A DNA stretch of 61,137 bases, filler included, from 8 parts of 8 records of this genome joined end to end with filler, not necessarily neighbours in it, one strand, 5' to 3'. Numbered from the whole stretch's first letter, positions 11,226 to 22,153 are shown. The notes: generated from the sequence alone by a model not told the origin. Translations and numbers: made by a program.

Positions 11226-11792
11226 TTATAAACTTACCATATCCATCCAGTGATGGAGTATCATCGAATGACAACTCTCTGCTGCACCATATGTTTCAAC
11301 ATCTACAAAAAAATTAATATCACCTATCGCCCGTAGTGAGTTTTTTCCGGAAAATCCAGTATAAGTAATTATATTAATATCCAGTTCCTTAGCAACACCA
11401 GCTGCTTTTAAAATATTTGGTGATTCCCCAGAACTACTGATAGCCACAAGCATATCCCCTGCGTTCGCCCTTGTTTTTAATGGCTCAGCAAATACATCTT
11501 CATAAGATAAATCATTGGCCATCGCTGTGATCAGCGACAAATCAGAAAATACCTGTGTATGAATCTTAGCATTTTTTGCTAGATCTGCAGCAAGATGACT
11601 TGCCATCGAAGCACTTGCACCATTGCCTATCAGGTAAATCGTTTTATTCTTATCACGCAAAGAACAAGTCAAATTATATAATCTTGTAAAACCGTCATCA
11701 ACAGCAACGCTATCTTGACCAATTGTTACAGACATATCACGCAGCGCATTGCTGTAATCATCAACGACCCGCTCCCAGTTCGAATTACTCAT
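11226..11792 (-). CDS. SIS-domain phosphoheptose isomerase (GmhA-like)
   Basis: GNGASAS.ASH, T..AND, ISSSGESPNI, E..H motifs. Confidence 0.85.
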   Translation of the reverse strand: MSNSNWERVVDDYSNALRDMSVTIGQDSVAVDDGFTRLYNLTCSLRDKNKTIYLIGNGASASMASHLAADLAKNAKIHTQVFSDLSLITAMANDLSYEDVFAEPLKTRANAGDMLVAISSSGESPNILKAAGVAKELDINIITYTGFSGKNSLRAIGDINFFVDVETYGAAESCHSMILHHWMDMVSL

Positions 11793-13210
11793 ATTCTACC
11801 CCTGCTATAGCTGAAATATTCTTTATATGCTCTTTCATATTATACTTGGAAATTGATTTTTTATTACCGATAATCATACATGCTTCAGCTCCTGCAATAT
11901 TACCCAGGAATCCTGTTATATCCGGCTCAAATCCTTTGGCTGCTGCGCAGGAAGCAATAGAGAAGAATGTATCACCTGCTCCGGTAGTATCAATAGCTTT
12001 TACTGAAAGCATTGGGACTCGATATAAATTACCTTTATAAAGATAGAGATTACCCTGTTTTCCCATAGTCACTGTAATACGGTCACAATTTGTGTTTTCC
12101 GCTATTTGATAGATAAGTTCTGAAACCGGGATCTCTTTATTCCTACACTCAAGCTGCGCTTCAGGACTGTCAATAGCTATAAAATCAGCATTCTGATATT
12201 TAGAGACCAGATTAAACCCTTTATTACCAGCATTGGTCTGAGTATTTACTGCCAGAAACTTTGCATTTTTCTCAATAATTGATATTGCTTCATTTGAGAA
12301 TAACCCATGACCATAATCTGTAAGAATAACCAAATCTGCTGCTGGCACCTGTTTCAAAAGCTCCTGCTCGAACTCTGCATTGTTCTTAGCCGATACCGGT
12401 TTATTATTGAAAAAATACAACTCAAACATCTTTCTTGCCAGATGCTCCTCTACAATACGCTGTTTACACACTGTAGGTGAATTATCCCTAACCAGAAAGG
12501 TTGAATCGACCTTTGAATTCAAATGATTCTCAACAAATTCCTTATGTGAATCTGTATCACCAAGACGGGTAATAAGCTTGACATTATCAGAAAAATTTGC
12601 CAGATGATTAGCTACAGCAAGCACCCCCTGCATACTTTTCTTTATATTGATATTGTGAAGCAATTATTGGCTCTTTATTTGACTTATTCATGGCAGTCGT
12701 AAAGATATATTCATCTATAATAGTTTCACCAATAACAAGTATATTGAGATCCTTGAATTGATCTAATTTAGAAATGATATTTGAATAGGAGTATTTACTA
12801 AACAAGCTGGTTATAAAACTCTTCATCTCTTCAGGAATAATATTTACAAATGAACTTGAGACCTTCTCATAAAACTCCGCATTTTCTATAATACTATTTC
12901 TCGGTTCTCCTGCTTTTCTACGGAACTCCTCTTCAGAACAACCGATCAACATATCACATTGACCTGCCTTTGCAACAGCATTACCGACCATACTCTCCGG
13001 CAAGAATAGTATATACTCCGCAATCTTGAGTTTTGTAAGTAGCCCTGCACATTTTTGATGTTTTTCAGATACAAAAATTAACGTGTCTTTATGCAACTCA
13101 ATAAAACTATCAAGCTTCAGCAAACCATCATGCTCTAAAAATTTTTCCCCGAAAAATACAATAGAATCCACATTACCGGCGAGCCTATCAAAATCATTAT
13201 ACTCCAGCAT
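11785..13210 (-). CDS. PfkB/RfaE-type sugar-phosphate kinase with degenerate N-terminal domain; frameshifted at the C5 run 12624-12628
   Basis: IGETIIDEY...YAGG in one frame continues as VLAVANHLA...DYGHG...DTTGAGD in the other frame. Confidence 0.82.
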
Positions 13211-13925
13211 TATTATTACTCCATCCCTCTGCCAGCTGCTTTGCAAGCATATATCTTTCCGGTGAATCAATCGCTACCCTTTCACCTGAAAGAGGTATAC
13301 CATATAAACCATTTTCCTGTAAAATTAACGGATAGATATCCTTAGGCAGATCTGCATATTTATTTTTTTCCAGACTTGCAAAAACTCTTTTATTCAGAAT
13401 CTGTATACCTGAATTAACCCATGGGAAAGGATATTTTTTACGTTCTTCTGGAGATGGTCTCTCTACAAAACCAGTAATCCTACCATCATTCTCTAAACTC
13501 ACAAGGCTGTTGGAAACTTTTCTCTGATGAAGAATCAAAGTAGCAAGTGCATTCTTCTCTTTATGTGCTTCAAACAAAACAGACAAATCCTGATTTGTCA
13601 ATAAATCCCCATATATCACTAAAAACGGCTCATCATCAAAAAATTCTTCTACATTCTTTATTGCTCCGGCAGTTCCCAACAACTCAGATTCATATGAATA
13701 CTCAATTCTTGCCCCAAAATCCTTACCATCTTTTGCAAACTCTTTTATTATCCCTGGGAGGAAGTGCAGGTTAATTATAATTTCATCAAAACCATGCTTT
13801 ACAAGATTTCTAATATTATACTCAAGAAGTGGTTTACCATTTATATCAAGCATAGGCTTGGGAATACTCTCTGTGAGCTCACCAAGTCTAGTACCCAACC
13901 CTGCAGCAAGTATCATTGCTTTCAT
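13197..13925 (-). CDS. Sugar-1-phosphate nucleotidyltransferase (HddC/mannose-1-P guanylyltransferase-like)
   Basis: ILAAGLGTRL...PKPM, LGTAG, YGD, NSGI motifs. Confidence 0.9.
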   Translation of the reverse strand: MKAMILAAGLGTRLGELTESIPKPMLDINGKPLLEYNIRNLVKHGFDEIIINLHFLPGIIKEFAKDGKDFGARIEYSYESELLGTAGAIKNVEEFFDDEPFLVIYGDLLTNQDLSVLFEAHKEKNALATLILHQRKVSNSLVSLENDGRITGFVERPSPEERKKYPFPWVNSGIQILNKRVFASLEKNKYADLPKDIYPLILQENGLYGIPLSGERVAIDSPERYMLAKQLAEGWSNNNAGV

Positions 13926-14510
13926 TTACTTCTTCTCCAAAATAAGTTTACTTGCTTCCAGTAAATTTTTTGTTACATAATCCGGACTTGGTAATTCATC
14001 AGGAATTGCGCTGGAAAGTATCGGCTTTTGGACATGAGCTCCAGTCAAAACCTGTATTGTTTTGCAACCTGCATTTTTACCTGCAATTATATCACTTATC
14101 CTATCACCAATCATCCAGCTATCATGTAAATCTATCCCAAAATCACCTGCTCCTGTTAAAATCATTCCTGAACGCGGTTTTCGACATTTACATTCAACTC
14201 TATACTCTTCTAATGTTGCATTAGGATGATGCGGACAGTAATAAAATTCATCTATAATATTATCAAGTTTACCATTGATATAATTATGAATTTCCCTTAC
14301 CTCTTCTTCGCTTGCAAGCCCTCTACTGATCACTGTCTGATTTGTTACTACAAGCAGTAAATACCCAGCTGCTTTAAAAGATGCTAATGCTTGAAAAACA
14401 GACTCTTCAAAAACAATATCTTCAACCCTAGTTAATAAATTGGAATCCTTGATCAAGACACCATCTCTATCGAGAAATATCGCTTTTGAAGTATTAATAT
14501 TATTTTCCAA
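13926..14510 (-). CDS. gmhB: D-glycero-D-manno-heptose-1,7-bisphosphate phosphatase-like (HAD IIIA)
   Basis: FLDRDG, VTNQ, CPHHP...CKCRKP, IGDR.SD; probable TTG start at 14510. Confidence 0.85.
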   Translation of the reverse strand: MENNINTSKAIFLDRDGVLIKDSNLLTRVEDIVFEESVFQALASFKAAGYLLLVVTNQTVISRGLASEEEVREIHNYINGKLDNIIDEFYYCPHHPNATLEEYRVECKCRKPRSGMILTGAGDFGIDLHDSWMIGDRISDIIAGKNAGCKTIQVLTGAHVQKPILSSAIPDELPSPDYVTKNLLEASKLILEKK

Positions 14511-14571
14511 GATACTCAAACCAATCTTTAGTAGCTTCTTTAATATTATCTGGTGTCCATAACGGAGCATT
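14500..14571 (-). CDS. 3' end of an upstream gene, probably an NAD-dependent epimerase/dehydratase
   Basis: Minus frame reads NAPLWTPDNIKEATKDWFEYLGK*, resembling SDR-epimerase C-termini; the stop overlaps the gmhB start. Confidence 0.5.
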   Translation of the reverse strand, partial: NAPLWTPDNIKEATKDWFEYLGK

Positions 14572-14671
14572 NNNNNNNNNNNNNNNNNNNNNNNNNNNNN
14601 NNNNNNNNNNNNNNNTTAATTAATTAANNNNNNNNNNNNNNNNNNNNNNNNNNNNNNNNNNNNNNNNNNNN
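14572..14671. other. Artificial contig linker 2
   Basis: N44-TTAATTAATTAA-N44. Confidence 0.98.
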
Positions 14672-15757
14672 GAATCCTCGGGAGGTTTTCCGGAATTTTT
14701 GGTCACCATCGATCCCGATGGGTGGAGTGGGAATTATCCGGTGGCTTATTGGGAGGATGCATGGAAAGATCTCTGGACGTCCCGAGACGGAATTGTTGCC
14801 GAACTGGCAACATTGGGATTTGACGGCATCTATCTCGATTGGGTGGAAGCATACGATGATGAAAAAGTGGCGGATGCGGCTGAAAAAGATGATGTCGATC
14901 CACAGGAAGAGATGATTCTTTTTATTGAAGAGATGAAAGCGGCCGGAGAAACAATCATAGAGGACTTTCTCGTCATCCCTCAAAATGCCCCCTATCTTAT
15001 CGATTATGATCCCGATCGGTATGTCGATACCATTCATGCCCTTGCCGTGGAAGATACCTGGTATCACGGAGCAGGGGATGCAGAGTGGGACGACCCGGAT
15101 GCCGGGGATCTTCAAGAGCGACATGATGATGAATGGTCAACGGAGAATCGATTGAAACAGTATGAAGACTATTTGAGTCGGGGGCTTCCTGTCTTTTCGG
15201 TGGATTACTGCATTTTACCGGAGAATGCGACCCGGGTTTATGACGATGCGTTGGATAGCGACTTGATTCCCCTTGTTACGCGAGTATCCCTCTCAAAACT
15301 GACCGAAACACCGCCGCCCAGCCTCGGTGCTGTCGATCCGGATGGTGGTTTGCCGGTTCCCGATTCACAAGAGGTGGAGATCCTTGAAAATCCGGCAACT
15401 TTTCCGGATGCTTCAACCCAGCCGTTTGCAGCCTGGATTGAAAACAAAGAGTTGAAAATGGCCGCCGATTTCAGCATCTACCAAGAGCCGGTGACCCTCT
15501 TTCTTGGATTATCCATTGATCATCCGGAATTCTCATCGGGCATGATGATGTTCAATGGGGATGATCGTCTTGTTATTCAGACCTCCGGTTTTATTCCCTG
15601 GCGGCAATCGACCGTCCAAAAGCATGACGTCTTCCTGGCAACCATACCGACGGTGTTGCTTCCAAAAGGGGAATATACCTTCTACTCTTTGGTTACCAGT
15701 GAGCCGGACACGTTGAATACCTATTCCATTCAAGTGTTTACATTGACCATCGATTGA
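14672..15757 (+). CDS. MJ1477/TM1410 (GH114-like) putative glycoside hydrolase with extra C-terminal beta domain, 5'-truncated
   Basis: DPDGW.GNY.VAYW, GFDGIYLDWVEAY, QNA, AVED, VFSVDY motifs. Confidence 0.75.
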   Translation, partial: ESSGGFPEFLVTIDPDGWSGNYPVAYWEDAWKDLWTSRDGIVAELATLGFDGIYLDWVEAYDDEKVADAAEKDDVDPQEEMILFIEEMKAAGETIIEDFLVIPQNAPYLIDYDPDRYVDTIHALAVEDTWYHGAGDAEWDDPDAGDLQERHDDEWSTENRLKQYEDYLSRGLPVFSVDYCILPENATRVYDDALDSDLIPLVTRVSLSKLTETPPPSLGAVDPDGGLPVPDSQEVEILENPATFPDASTQPFAAWIENKELKMAADFSIYQEPVTLFLGLSIDHPEFSSGMMMFNGDDRLVIQTSGFIPWRQSTVQKHDVFLATIPTVLLPKGEYTFYSLVTSEPDTLNTYSIQVFTLTID

Positions 15758-15812
15758 CCTGATCCATCGGTCCCAGCCCGTATGCGGTTAACCCATACCC
15801 ATCGACGCTCCA

Positions 15813-16347
15813 ATGAAGATTAAATACAATGCTCCGATCATTTTAACGTATTCGCTCATCGCCATCGGTATCACCTTTTTCGGTATTTCAGATGCCGTGA
15901 CGGCCCTCTTGGCATCTCCGTCGCGATTTTCTTACGCCAATCCGATTTTCTATACAAAACTGGTGTCGTATATTGTCATCCATGGCGGGTGGAATCATCT
16001 CATGGGGAACCTGATGATGATTCTATTGGTCGGCCCTCTACTTGAAGAAAAATACGGATCCGGAAATCTGTTCACCATGGTGATGATCACTGCCGTGACA
16101 ACGGCCCTGTTGAATGCTTTTTTTCTCAAGTGTTTTGATCGGAGGGAGCGGGGTGGCATTTATGCTGATCCTTCTCAGCTCATTTTCAAACATCAGAGCC
16201 GGAGAGATACCGCTGACGTTCATTGTGATTGCGGGGTTATATATCGGCGGTGAAACAATGGATATGCTGAAAGCGGATAACGTCTCTCAATTCAGCCATC
16301 TTGCGGGGGGATTCTTAGGGGCCTGTTTCGGTTTTTTGAGAAGCTGA
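15813..16347 (+). CDS. Rhomboid intramembrane serine protease; frameshifted at the T7 run 16118-16124
   Basis: H..W.HL.GN...G..LE in the first frame; GGSG (catalytic Ser) and SQFSHLAGG (catalytic His) in the second. Confidence 0.82.
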
Positions 16348-16391
16348 TCCCTTTTCCAGATGGGAAAGGGACAGGGTTTTAATCTGTCCCC
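16348..16391. repeat. Overlapping short palindromes between convergent genes (terminator or REP-like)
   Basis: TCCCTTTTCC/GGGAAAGGGA and GGGACAG-N9-CTGTCCC. Confidence 0.4.
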
Positions 16392-16437
16392 GTCTCCGAA
16401 ATGGGACGTTATTTCGTGTTTATTTCTTAAAATTGAT

Positions 16438-18978
16438 CTACACCCCTTTACTTTTGAAGAAAGGGGCGTATTGCATATCGGTTTTCATGATGTGATTTTT
16501 GAGCCATTGAGTCAAAAATTCCATCAAATCCATGGTTAGCGTTGCCTGCCCGGACTTGAATTCCTTTTGAAATGCGACCACCGTATTTACAAGATCAACA
16601 TGGATTTTCTTATGGGAATCGGTATCCGGATATTGATATTTGTCAAACAGCTTCTCTTCATGTCCGAAATGGTAGACCGTATACTCGGCAAGTTCATCCA
16701 GGATGGCTCCGGATTCTTCAATACCGGCACCGGTTTTCATGGCTTTATGGAGGTTGTTGACCATATTGACGAGATTTTTGTGCTGATCATCGATTTCATC
16801 GATTCCGGTTTCCAATTTCGGTCCCCAGGTAATGAGATCATAGATTCGTCTCGTATTTTTGTTATCGTCTCTCTTTTTTAGTTGCCCCCCTTCGCGAAGT
16901 TGGTTTTGTTGTTGTGCCGTCTCAATGTCCCCTTCAAAAGCTTCGTCTGTTTTCATACCTTCGGCAGTGACGCTGCGTTGGTCCGAAGAGACTTTGAAGA
17001 CACTGATCATATCCCGGAGTTTGCCGGAAAGATCCGAAAGATCCCGGGCACTGAGGGTCATTTGGTCACTTTTTTGGGTCATGGTTTCCGCAACATGGTT
17101 GACGACGTGGATATCTTTGGTAATCTCCGATGAAACCATTGAGGTTTGTGCCACATTCTCGTTTACTTCAGCGATTCCCTGGGACGCCTGGGAGATGTTT
17201 TTCGAGACTTCGACGGTAGCGGCAGACTGCTCATCCACTGCCGCTGCAATGGTGGTGATGATATCGCTGACTTCCGTGAATACTCTGGAAATGGTGTTCA
17301 CTTCGGAAACCGTATCATTTACCGAATTTTGAATGCCGTCCACTTTATTTCGAATATTGAGGGTGGCGTCCGTTGTTTGGGAGGCAAGCGCTTTAATTTC
17401 CCCGGCCACGACTGCAAATCCTTTCCCGGCTTCCCCGGCCCGTGCCGCTTCAATGGTGGCGTTGAGTGCCAATAGGTTGGTCTGTTCCGCAATTTCGGAA
17501 ATGAGTTCGGTGATTTGAGAAATATCTTTTGCCGCATTTCCCAATTCATTCACTTTTCCGGAGGCACTATCCACTGAAACCGTTGCATTGCCGGAAATTT
17601 CACGCGCCCTGACACAGCTTTGGGCGACTTCGCCGATGGTGGCCGTCATTTCTCCGGCGGATTGCGCGACATTGCTCAGGTTGGCAGAGGCTTGTTCACT
17701 GGCTGCCGCCACGGAATTCATGTTGCTGCTCATCTCCTCGGCAGCTGCGGCGACGGTGTTGGCTCGCATGGAAAGATCCGTGGCATCTTCAGACATCTGT
17801 TCAGCGACAAACAGCATTTCCGATGAGGCTGCTGTAACGGTTTGTGCGTTTCGACTGATGTCGACGATGATGTTGTTCATCCGGGAAATAAAAGCATTGA
17901 ACCAGGCAGCCAAAATACCGATTTCATCGCTTCTGTCGGTTTGCAACCGTTTGGTCAGGTCGCCTTTTCCTTGAGCCGTCTCTTTAAGACCGTTGGAGAC
18001 CTCATTCAATGGGTTTAAGATAATGAATCGGAACGCAAGTCCTATGGCAATGAGAAGGACGAGACAACAGGCCAAAGCAATGTAGGATAAAACCCGGGTG
18101 ATTTTTGTGGTGATCATGGAGATGTTTTGATGTAACAATTCTCCGGTTTCTTTAATAGCCACGGAACTATTTTGATTGATTTTAATCAAATTATCATGGA
18201 TTGTCTGTTGGAGTGATTCCGATTGAGAGGTCATTAACGTTTTGAGCTCTTCGGAGTGCTCATGTTTAAACCCTTCCAATCGCTTTGTCATTTCAGTGAT
18301 GGTTTGGGTGACCGCTACCTTGGAAATGCAGAGAATAATTTTCCCCTGGGACTTTCCAAAATAGGTAAATTCTTTTTCATGGAGAAGCACTTGGGGATCT
18401 TTTTTGGACTGAGCGATAATGATTTCTATATCGTCATCTCCTTCTCCCTGATCCAAATAGGTATTGATTTTATCATCAACATAATCGATATAATCCACTA
18501 TGTTGTTTCCATTTCTATCCGTCATAAATGCAAAGATCACCTCATCCGATTTTGAAACAGCACGAAAAAATGAATTGATTTCGTTATATTGTTTTTCCAT
18601 CAAGAAAGGTTGACTGATTGTGGCGAGTAGATCGGAAATCACCTCGACTTCCGTGAGAATGAGTGCATTCATGGCTTTTTCCAACTGAGTCTCTTCCTGG
18701 GAGATGGAGTGTTCCGTGGAGTCAACGATATGGGTGACTACCTGATCTTTCATTGATGAAAAGGAAGTGAGCATTTTTTCTTCAAGTGAGGTGAGATGGC
18801 TTTGGGTCTGTTTGTCGGTTTTGATCAGCTTATCGTTCACGGAAAGAGTCATCTTTTCCATCAGGCTGTTCTCTTGTTCAATGACAGCGTAAAACATTCC
18901 AGAGAAGGAGACGAGAAGAATGATGATCAGAACCAGGATAATTTTTAGGCGTAAACTTTTTTGGACTATATTGAACAT
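16438..18978 (-). CDS. Methyl-accepting chemotaxis protein with C-terminal bacteriohemerythrin domain (DcrH-like architecture)
   Basis: Two TM helices, HAMP (DEIG.LA..FN), [30 protein letters not shown], then IDDQH...HF..EE...H...H...HI...D. Confidence 0.92.
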   Translation of the reverse strand: MFNIVQKSLRLKIILVLIIILLVSFSGMFYAVIEQENSLMEKMTLSVNDKLIKTDKQTQSHLTSLEEKMLTSFSSMKDQVVTHIVDSTEHSISQEETQLEKAMNALILTEVEVISDLLATISQPFLMEKQYNEINSFFRAVSKSDEVIFAFMTDRNGNNIVDYIDYVDDKINTYLDQGEGDDDIEIIIAQSKKDPQVLLHEKEFTYFGKSQGKIILCISKVAVTQTITEMTKRLEGFKHEHSEELKTLMTSQSESLQQTIHDNLIKINQNSSVAIKETGELLHQNISMITTKITRVLSYIALACCLVLLIAIGLAFRFIILNPLNEVSNGLKETAQGKGDLTKRLQTDRSDEIGILAAWFNAFISRMNNIIVDISRNAQTVTAASSEMLFVAEQMSEDATDLSMRANTVAAAAEEMSSNMNSVAAASEQASANLSNVAQSAGEMTATIGEVAQSCVRAREISGNATVSVDSASGKVNELGNAAKDISQITELISEIAEQTNLLALNATIEAARAGEAGKGFAVVAGEIKALASQTTDATLNIRNKVDGIQNSVNDTVSEVNTISRVFTEVSDIITTIAAAVDEQSAATVEVSKNISQASQGIAEVNENVAQTSMVSSEITKDIHVVNHVAETMTQKSDQMTLSARDLSDLSGKLRDMISVFKVSSDQRSVTAEGMKTDEAFEGDIETAQQQNQLREGGQLKKRDDNKNTRRIYDLITWGPKLETGIDEIDDQHKNLVNMVNNLHKAMKTGAGIEESGAILDELAEYTVYHFGHEEKLFDKYQYPDTDSHKKIHVDLVNTVVAFQKEFKSGQATLTMDLMEFLTQWLKNHIMKTDMQYAPFFKSKGV

Positions 18979-19192
18979 TGCACCCTCCAGTATGTTAAGT
19001 GAAAATAATCAGAGTGTCCTTTAAATCTGATTTCCAGGGGGGTTGTCAAGGTAATCTTGCACAAATTAAAGAACACCTTCCATCGCTCTTTTGGATTGAT
19101 GGAAGGTATGATTTTTGGGTAACGATTTTGCTGATTTTTAATGTGTCAAAATCGTGGTGAAGTGTTTAGCGGTAAGGTCAATGGAGGTGGGA

Positions 19193-19747
19193 TTATCCGG
19201 CTATACCGGAAGGGAGAATGTCTGAAAATTGATATTCCTCGACATTCATGCCGACAGCCAGTTCATAGTCATTGTCTCCCCACTGCTCGATGGTAAACAG
19301 TTTGGTTTCCGATTCATCTAAATAGTCCCACACAAATACGGGGCGACCTGATTCGGAACCGTCTGCATAAAAGTGAGCACCGCCGGTCTCTTCGATACGG
19401 TAGGTCGTACCTTCAAATTCAACGGTATCGGGCGCTTCGTCCGTTCGAATGATTTGTTCCCGAACCTGGGGATCGAGTTTGCCGAAGGATACTTTTCTGC
19501 TGATGGTCCACTCATCTTCATCATCAAACTCCCGCTCCAAGTAGATGATGTCGTCATGGCATTGAAGCTGCCACTCCCAGGTGGTGTCGTGATCGCCCCA
19601 TTCATATCTGTTTGCCGCCGTGACTTGCCATGTCTTCATATCATAGTCGACATAATATCCTTTTTTCAGATTGGCAAGGGTGAGATCTGAGAGGGGATCG
19701 GGTCCATCGCCGGATACCGTCTTTTTGATAAAATCCATAAAGCCCAT
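19193..19747 (-). CDS. DUF4178-like acidic protein
   Basis: Trp/acidic pattern (YEW, WEWQL, WDY.D, IEQW) typical of PspA-linked DUF4178; AGGAGG RBS before ATG 19747. Confidence 0.7.
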   Translation of the reverse strand: MGFMDFIKKTVSGDGPDPLSDLTLANLKKGYYVDYDMKTWQVTAANRYEWGDHDTTWEWQLQCHDDIIYLEREFDDEDEWTISRKVSFGKLDPQVREQIIRTDEAPDTVEFEGTTYRIEETGGAHFYADGSESGRPVFVWDYLDESETKLFTIEQWGDNDYELAVGMNVEEYQFSDILPSGIAG

Positions 19748-19938
19748 GTTCACCTCCTGGAATTGATTTTTTGAACCGCTCTGATCTGTTTTTGATATCC
19801 GCCGTTGTCTTGGTCGTCAGTATTTTCGTCAGATCAGAGTGGATTGTTGTCCAACGCGGGAACCCCTCACCCAACCCCTCTCCCGGTTTCTTTTTTTCCG
19901 ACAAGAGTTGAGGATGAAGGCATCAAGGAAAAATGAAA

Positions 19939-20642
19939 TCAGGAGATTCCCATTTTCTGTTTCAGCTCAAGAAGGTTCTGGGAGGCCGAGGCGGTCTGAG
20001 CGCCCTCAAGTGCGTTATTGATCTCCACATCAACCGACGTATCGACCCCTGCGATCTCTCCATACGCGTCTGCCAGGGATTCATCTTCCTCCACTTTGGC
20101 TTTCATCTTCTCCAGCATGGAGATGGTGGAGGATGAGTCGATCTTGGCCAACTGGGCGTTGATCTTCTTGGTGGAGGAAGCGGTTCTGGCTCTGGCTTTC
20201 AACGTAATCAGATCGTTCTCATAGGAAGTGATGGTGGATTTCAACTTGTTTACCTTACCCTGCAGGGAGGCACTTCTGGTTTCGTGGGTGGTGGCTTCCT
20301 GATTCAGACGTTCCGCATCCCTTGCATTTTCTTCCTTTCTGTTCAGTGCCTCCGTGGCAAGGCGTTCGGCCTCGTCCTGAACCATCTGTCCTTTTTGCAT
20401 TCTCTGGAGAAGTAGCATTGCTTTTCTTTCGTAATCAGCGGCCAGATTTTTTTCTTGTCCGCTTCCTTTCGGGTTCGGATGGCGATTCCCTTGACTTCGG
20501 CAAGGCTGCTCATGGCTGCAGTGAGATCCTGTTTCAGATCCCGAATGCCCTGCTCGGTCATTTTGATGGGATCCTCCATTTTATCGATCATGGCGTGGGC
20601 ATTGGACTCCCCTACCTTGAAAAGTCTTTTGAAAAATGACAT
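19939..20642 (-). CDS. PspA/IM30 (bacterial ESCRT-III) family protein; frameshifted at the T7 run 20447-20453
   Basis: MSFFKRLF...DKMEDP.KM..Q.I.DL N-terminus; removing one base gives DKKNLAADYERKAMLLL joining LKAR...MK.KV...E. Confidence 0.88.
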
Positions 20643-20720
20643 GTCATATCTCCTTCGATTTACCGTGAAAATAGATTTGGGTTTCCATGGATCGGGGTAG
20701 CTGAAAATCAGCCATGCCCA

Positions 20721-21113
20721 TTAGTTGATATACTCCAGAAGTTCGGCACCATACTCGGACAGCGCAAGGCTCAACGCATGGACGGATGCCTCCAGCTCGT
20801 TTCTGTCAAGGTTTTCCAACTGCAGGGTGTCCCTGAAGATGATGAACGTTTCATCTTCATCCAGAACAAAGGCACCGTGGACAAGCTCTCGATTGAGCTG
20901 GAGCAACCTTTTGTAAAGGGCTGTCGTTTCAGCCGGGATTTGCATGATCACCTGCTCGATGACCACGATGGGAGCTTCGCAATCGATGACGAGATTCTTG
21001 ATTCCGTTATCTTCATCTTCCACAATGACGAGTTCTTCTTCGATATCTTCTTCAATGATGGAGATCTCCATCTCATGAAGATACTCCTTCACCAGTGTAA
21101 ATTTGTCTTCCAT
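20721..21113 (-). CDS. YbjN/CesT-like (T3SS-chaperone fold) protein
   Basis: Small and acidic, with LLQLNRELVHGAFVLD...FRDTLQLENLD.NE; directly upstream of pspA. Confidence 0.7.
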   Translation of the reverse strand: MEDKFTLVKEYLHEMEISIIEEDIEEELVIVEDEDNGIKNLVIDCEAPIVVIEQVIMQIPAETTALYKRLLQLNRELVHGAFVLDEDETFIIFRDTLQLENLDRNELEASVHALSLALSEYGAELLEYIN

Positions 21114-21125
21114 CCTACGCTCTCC

Positions 21126-22153
21126 TTATGAAATTTCAGGTCGTTCCCACGAGATCACCAGAAGCCAATCCTCCGGTTTTAAGATCGTGTCGTTGTCCGG
21201 ATTGGCCGTCATCTCTTTTCCGGACTGATCTTCTATGCCGATGCAGATGATGTTTTCCTTTTGTTTCAAATCACACATCGCCTGGTAAAATGTTCGCCCT
21301 GCAAGATAAGGCGGACATTTGATTTTGTAAAGGTCATGACCGTAACGATTGCTCACAAGTTCACTGATCACCCGGGTAATGCCGTGGTTAAGGGCGGCTT
21401 GTACCAGCAGATTGGTGGATATTTCGCCAACCACGATGACCTCATCGGCGTTTGCCATCTTGCAGTGGGCCATGTTGTCGGCACTCATAAGCTCCACACA
21501 GGTGTAAAGATCGGGATAGTAGGTCTTTATCGCCATGGTGTTCAGGATTGTTTTGGCATCCCGGGAGTAGGAATCAAGGCGCTCATCGGATAAAACGATG
21601 GCGGCAACGGCATCATCGGCATGGCATCGTTTCAGGGTTGCCTCGTCGATTTGTCCGTGAACGAATAGAATTTCTTCATCGATATCCGGTTTTTCAGAAA
21701 GCTCTGCAACTATGACAATGGGAATCCCCTGACACTTGGGATCGGCACGCATCTCCGAAACAATGGTCCCCCCCTGAAATTCCAGCCGCAGATCAAAAAA
21801 TGGTTGCTGATATCCGTCTCTTTCACACCTCTTTTCTCCAAAATTTTGTTTTCGATGAACATGGTCGCGATGGTCGCCGTCAATACCCCCAAAAGTCCGA
21901 TTCCCGAGAGCATCACTACAATGGCAATGGCCCTTCCACCTGTGGTTCCCGGGGATATATCTCCATACCCTACAGTGGTCATGGTCACGATGGACCACCA
22001 GAGGGCATCTTGAAATTGCATCTCTGTTTCAAAGAACATGATCAGCGTGCTTCCCAAAAGAAGGATAACGACAGCAGCCAGCAGGACTCTGTGGATCTTC
22101 TCTCGTTTGATGATCCTAATGAGCGATTTTATGAAATGAATTGAAGTTTTCAT
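21126..22153 (-). CDS. Two-TM potassium channel with RCK/TrkA domains; frameshifted at the C7 run 21768-21774
   Basis: TMTTVGYGD selectivity filter, HFLICGWN RCK start; RCK and TrkA-C continue in the second frame. Confidence 0.88.

Noticed and set aside
19641-19938. Extra small gene between pspA and DUF4178
   Set aside because: No RBS-supported ORF; the 87-aa ORF overlaps DUF4178 out of frame and spans a CCCTCACCC-type repeat remnant
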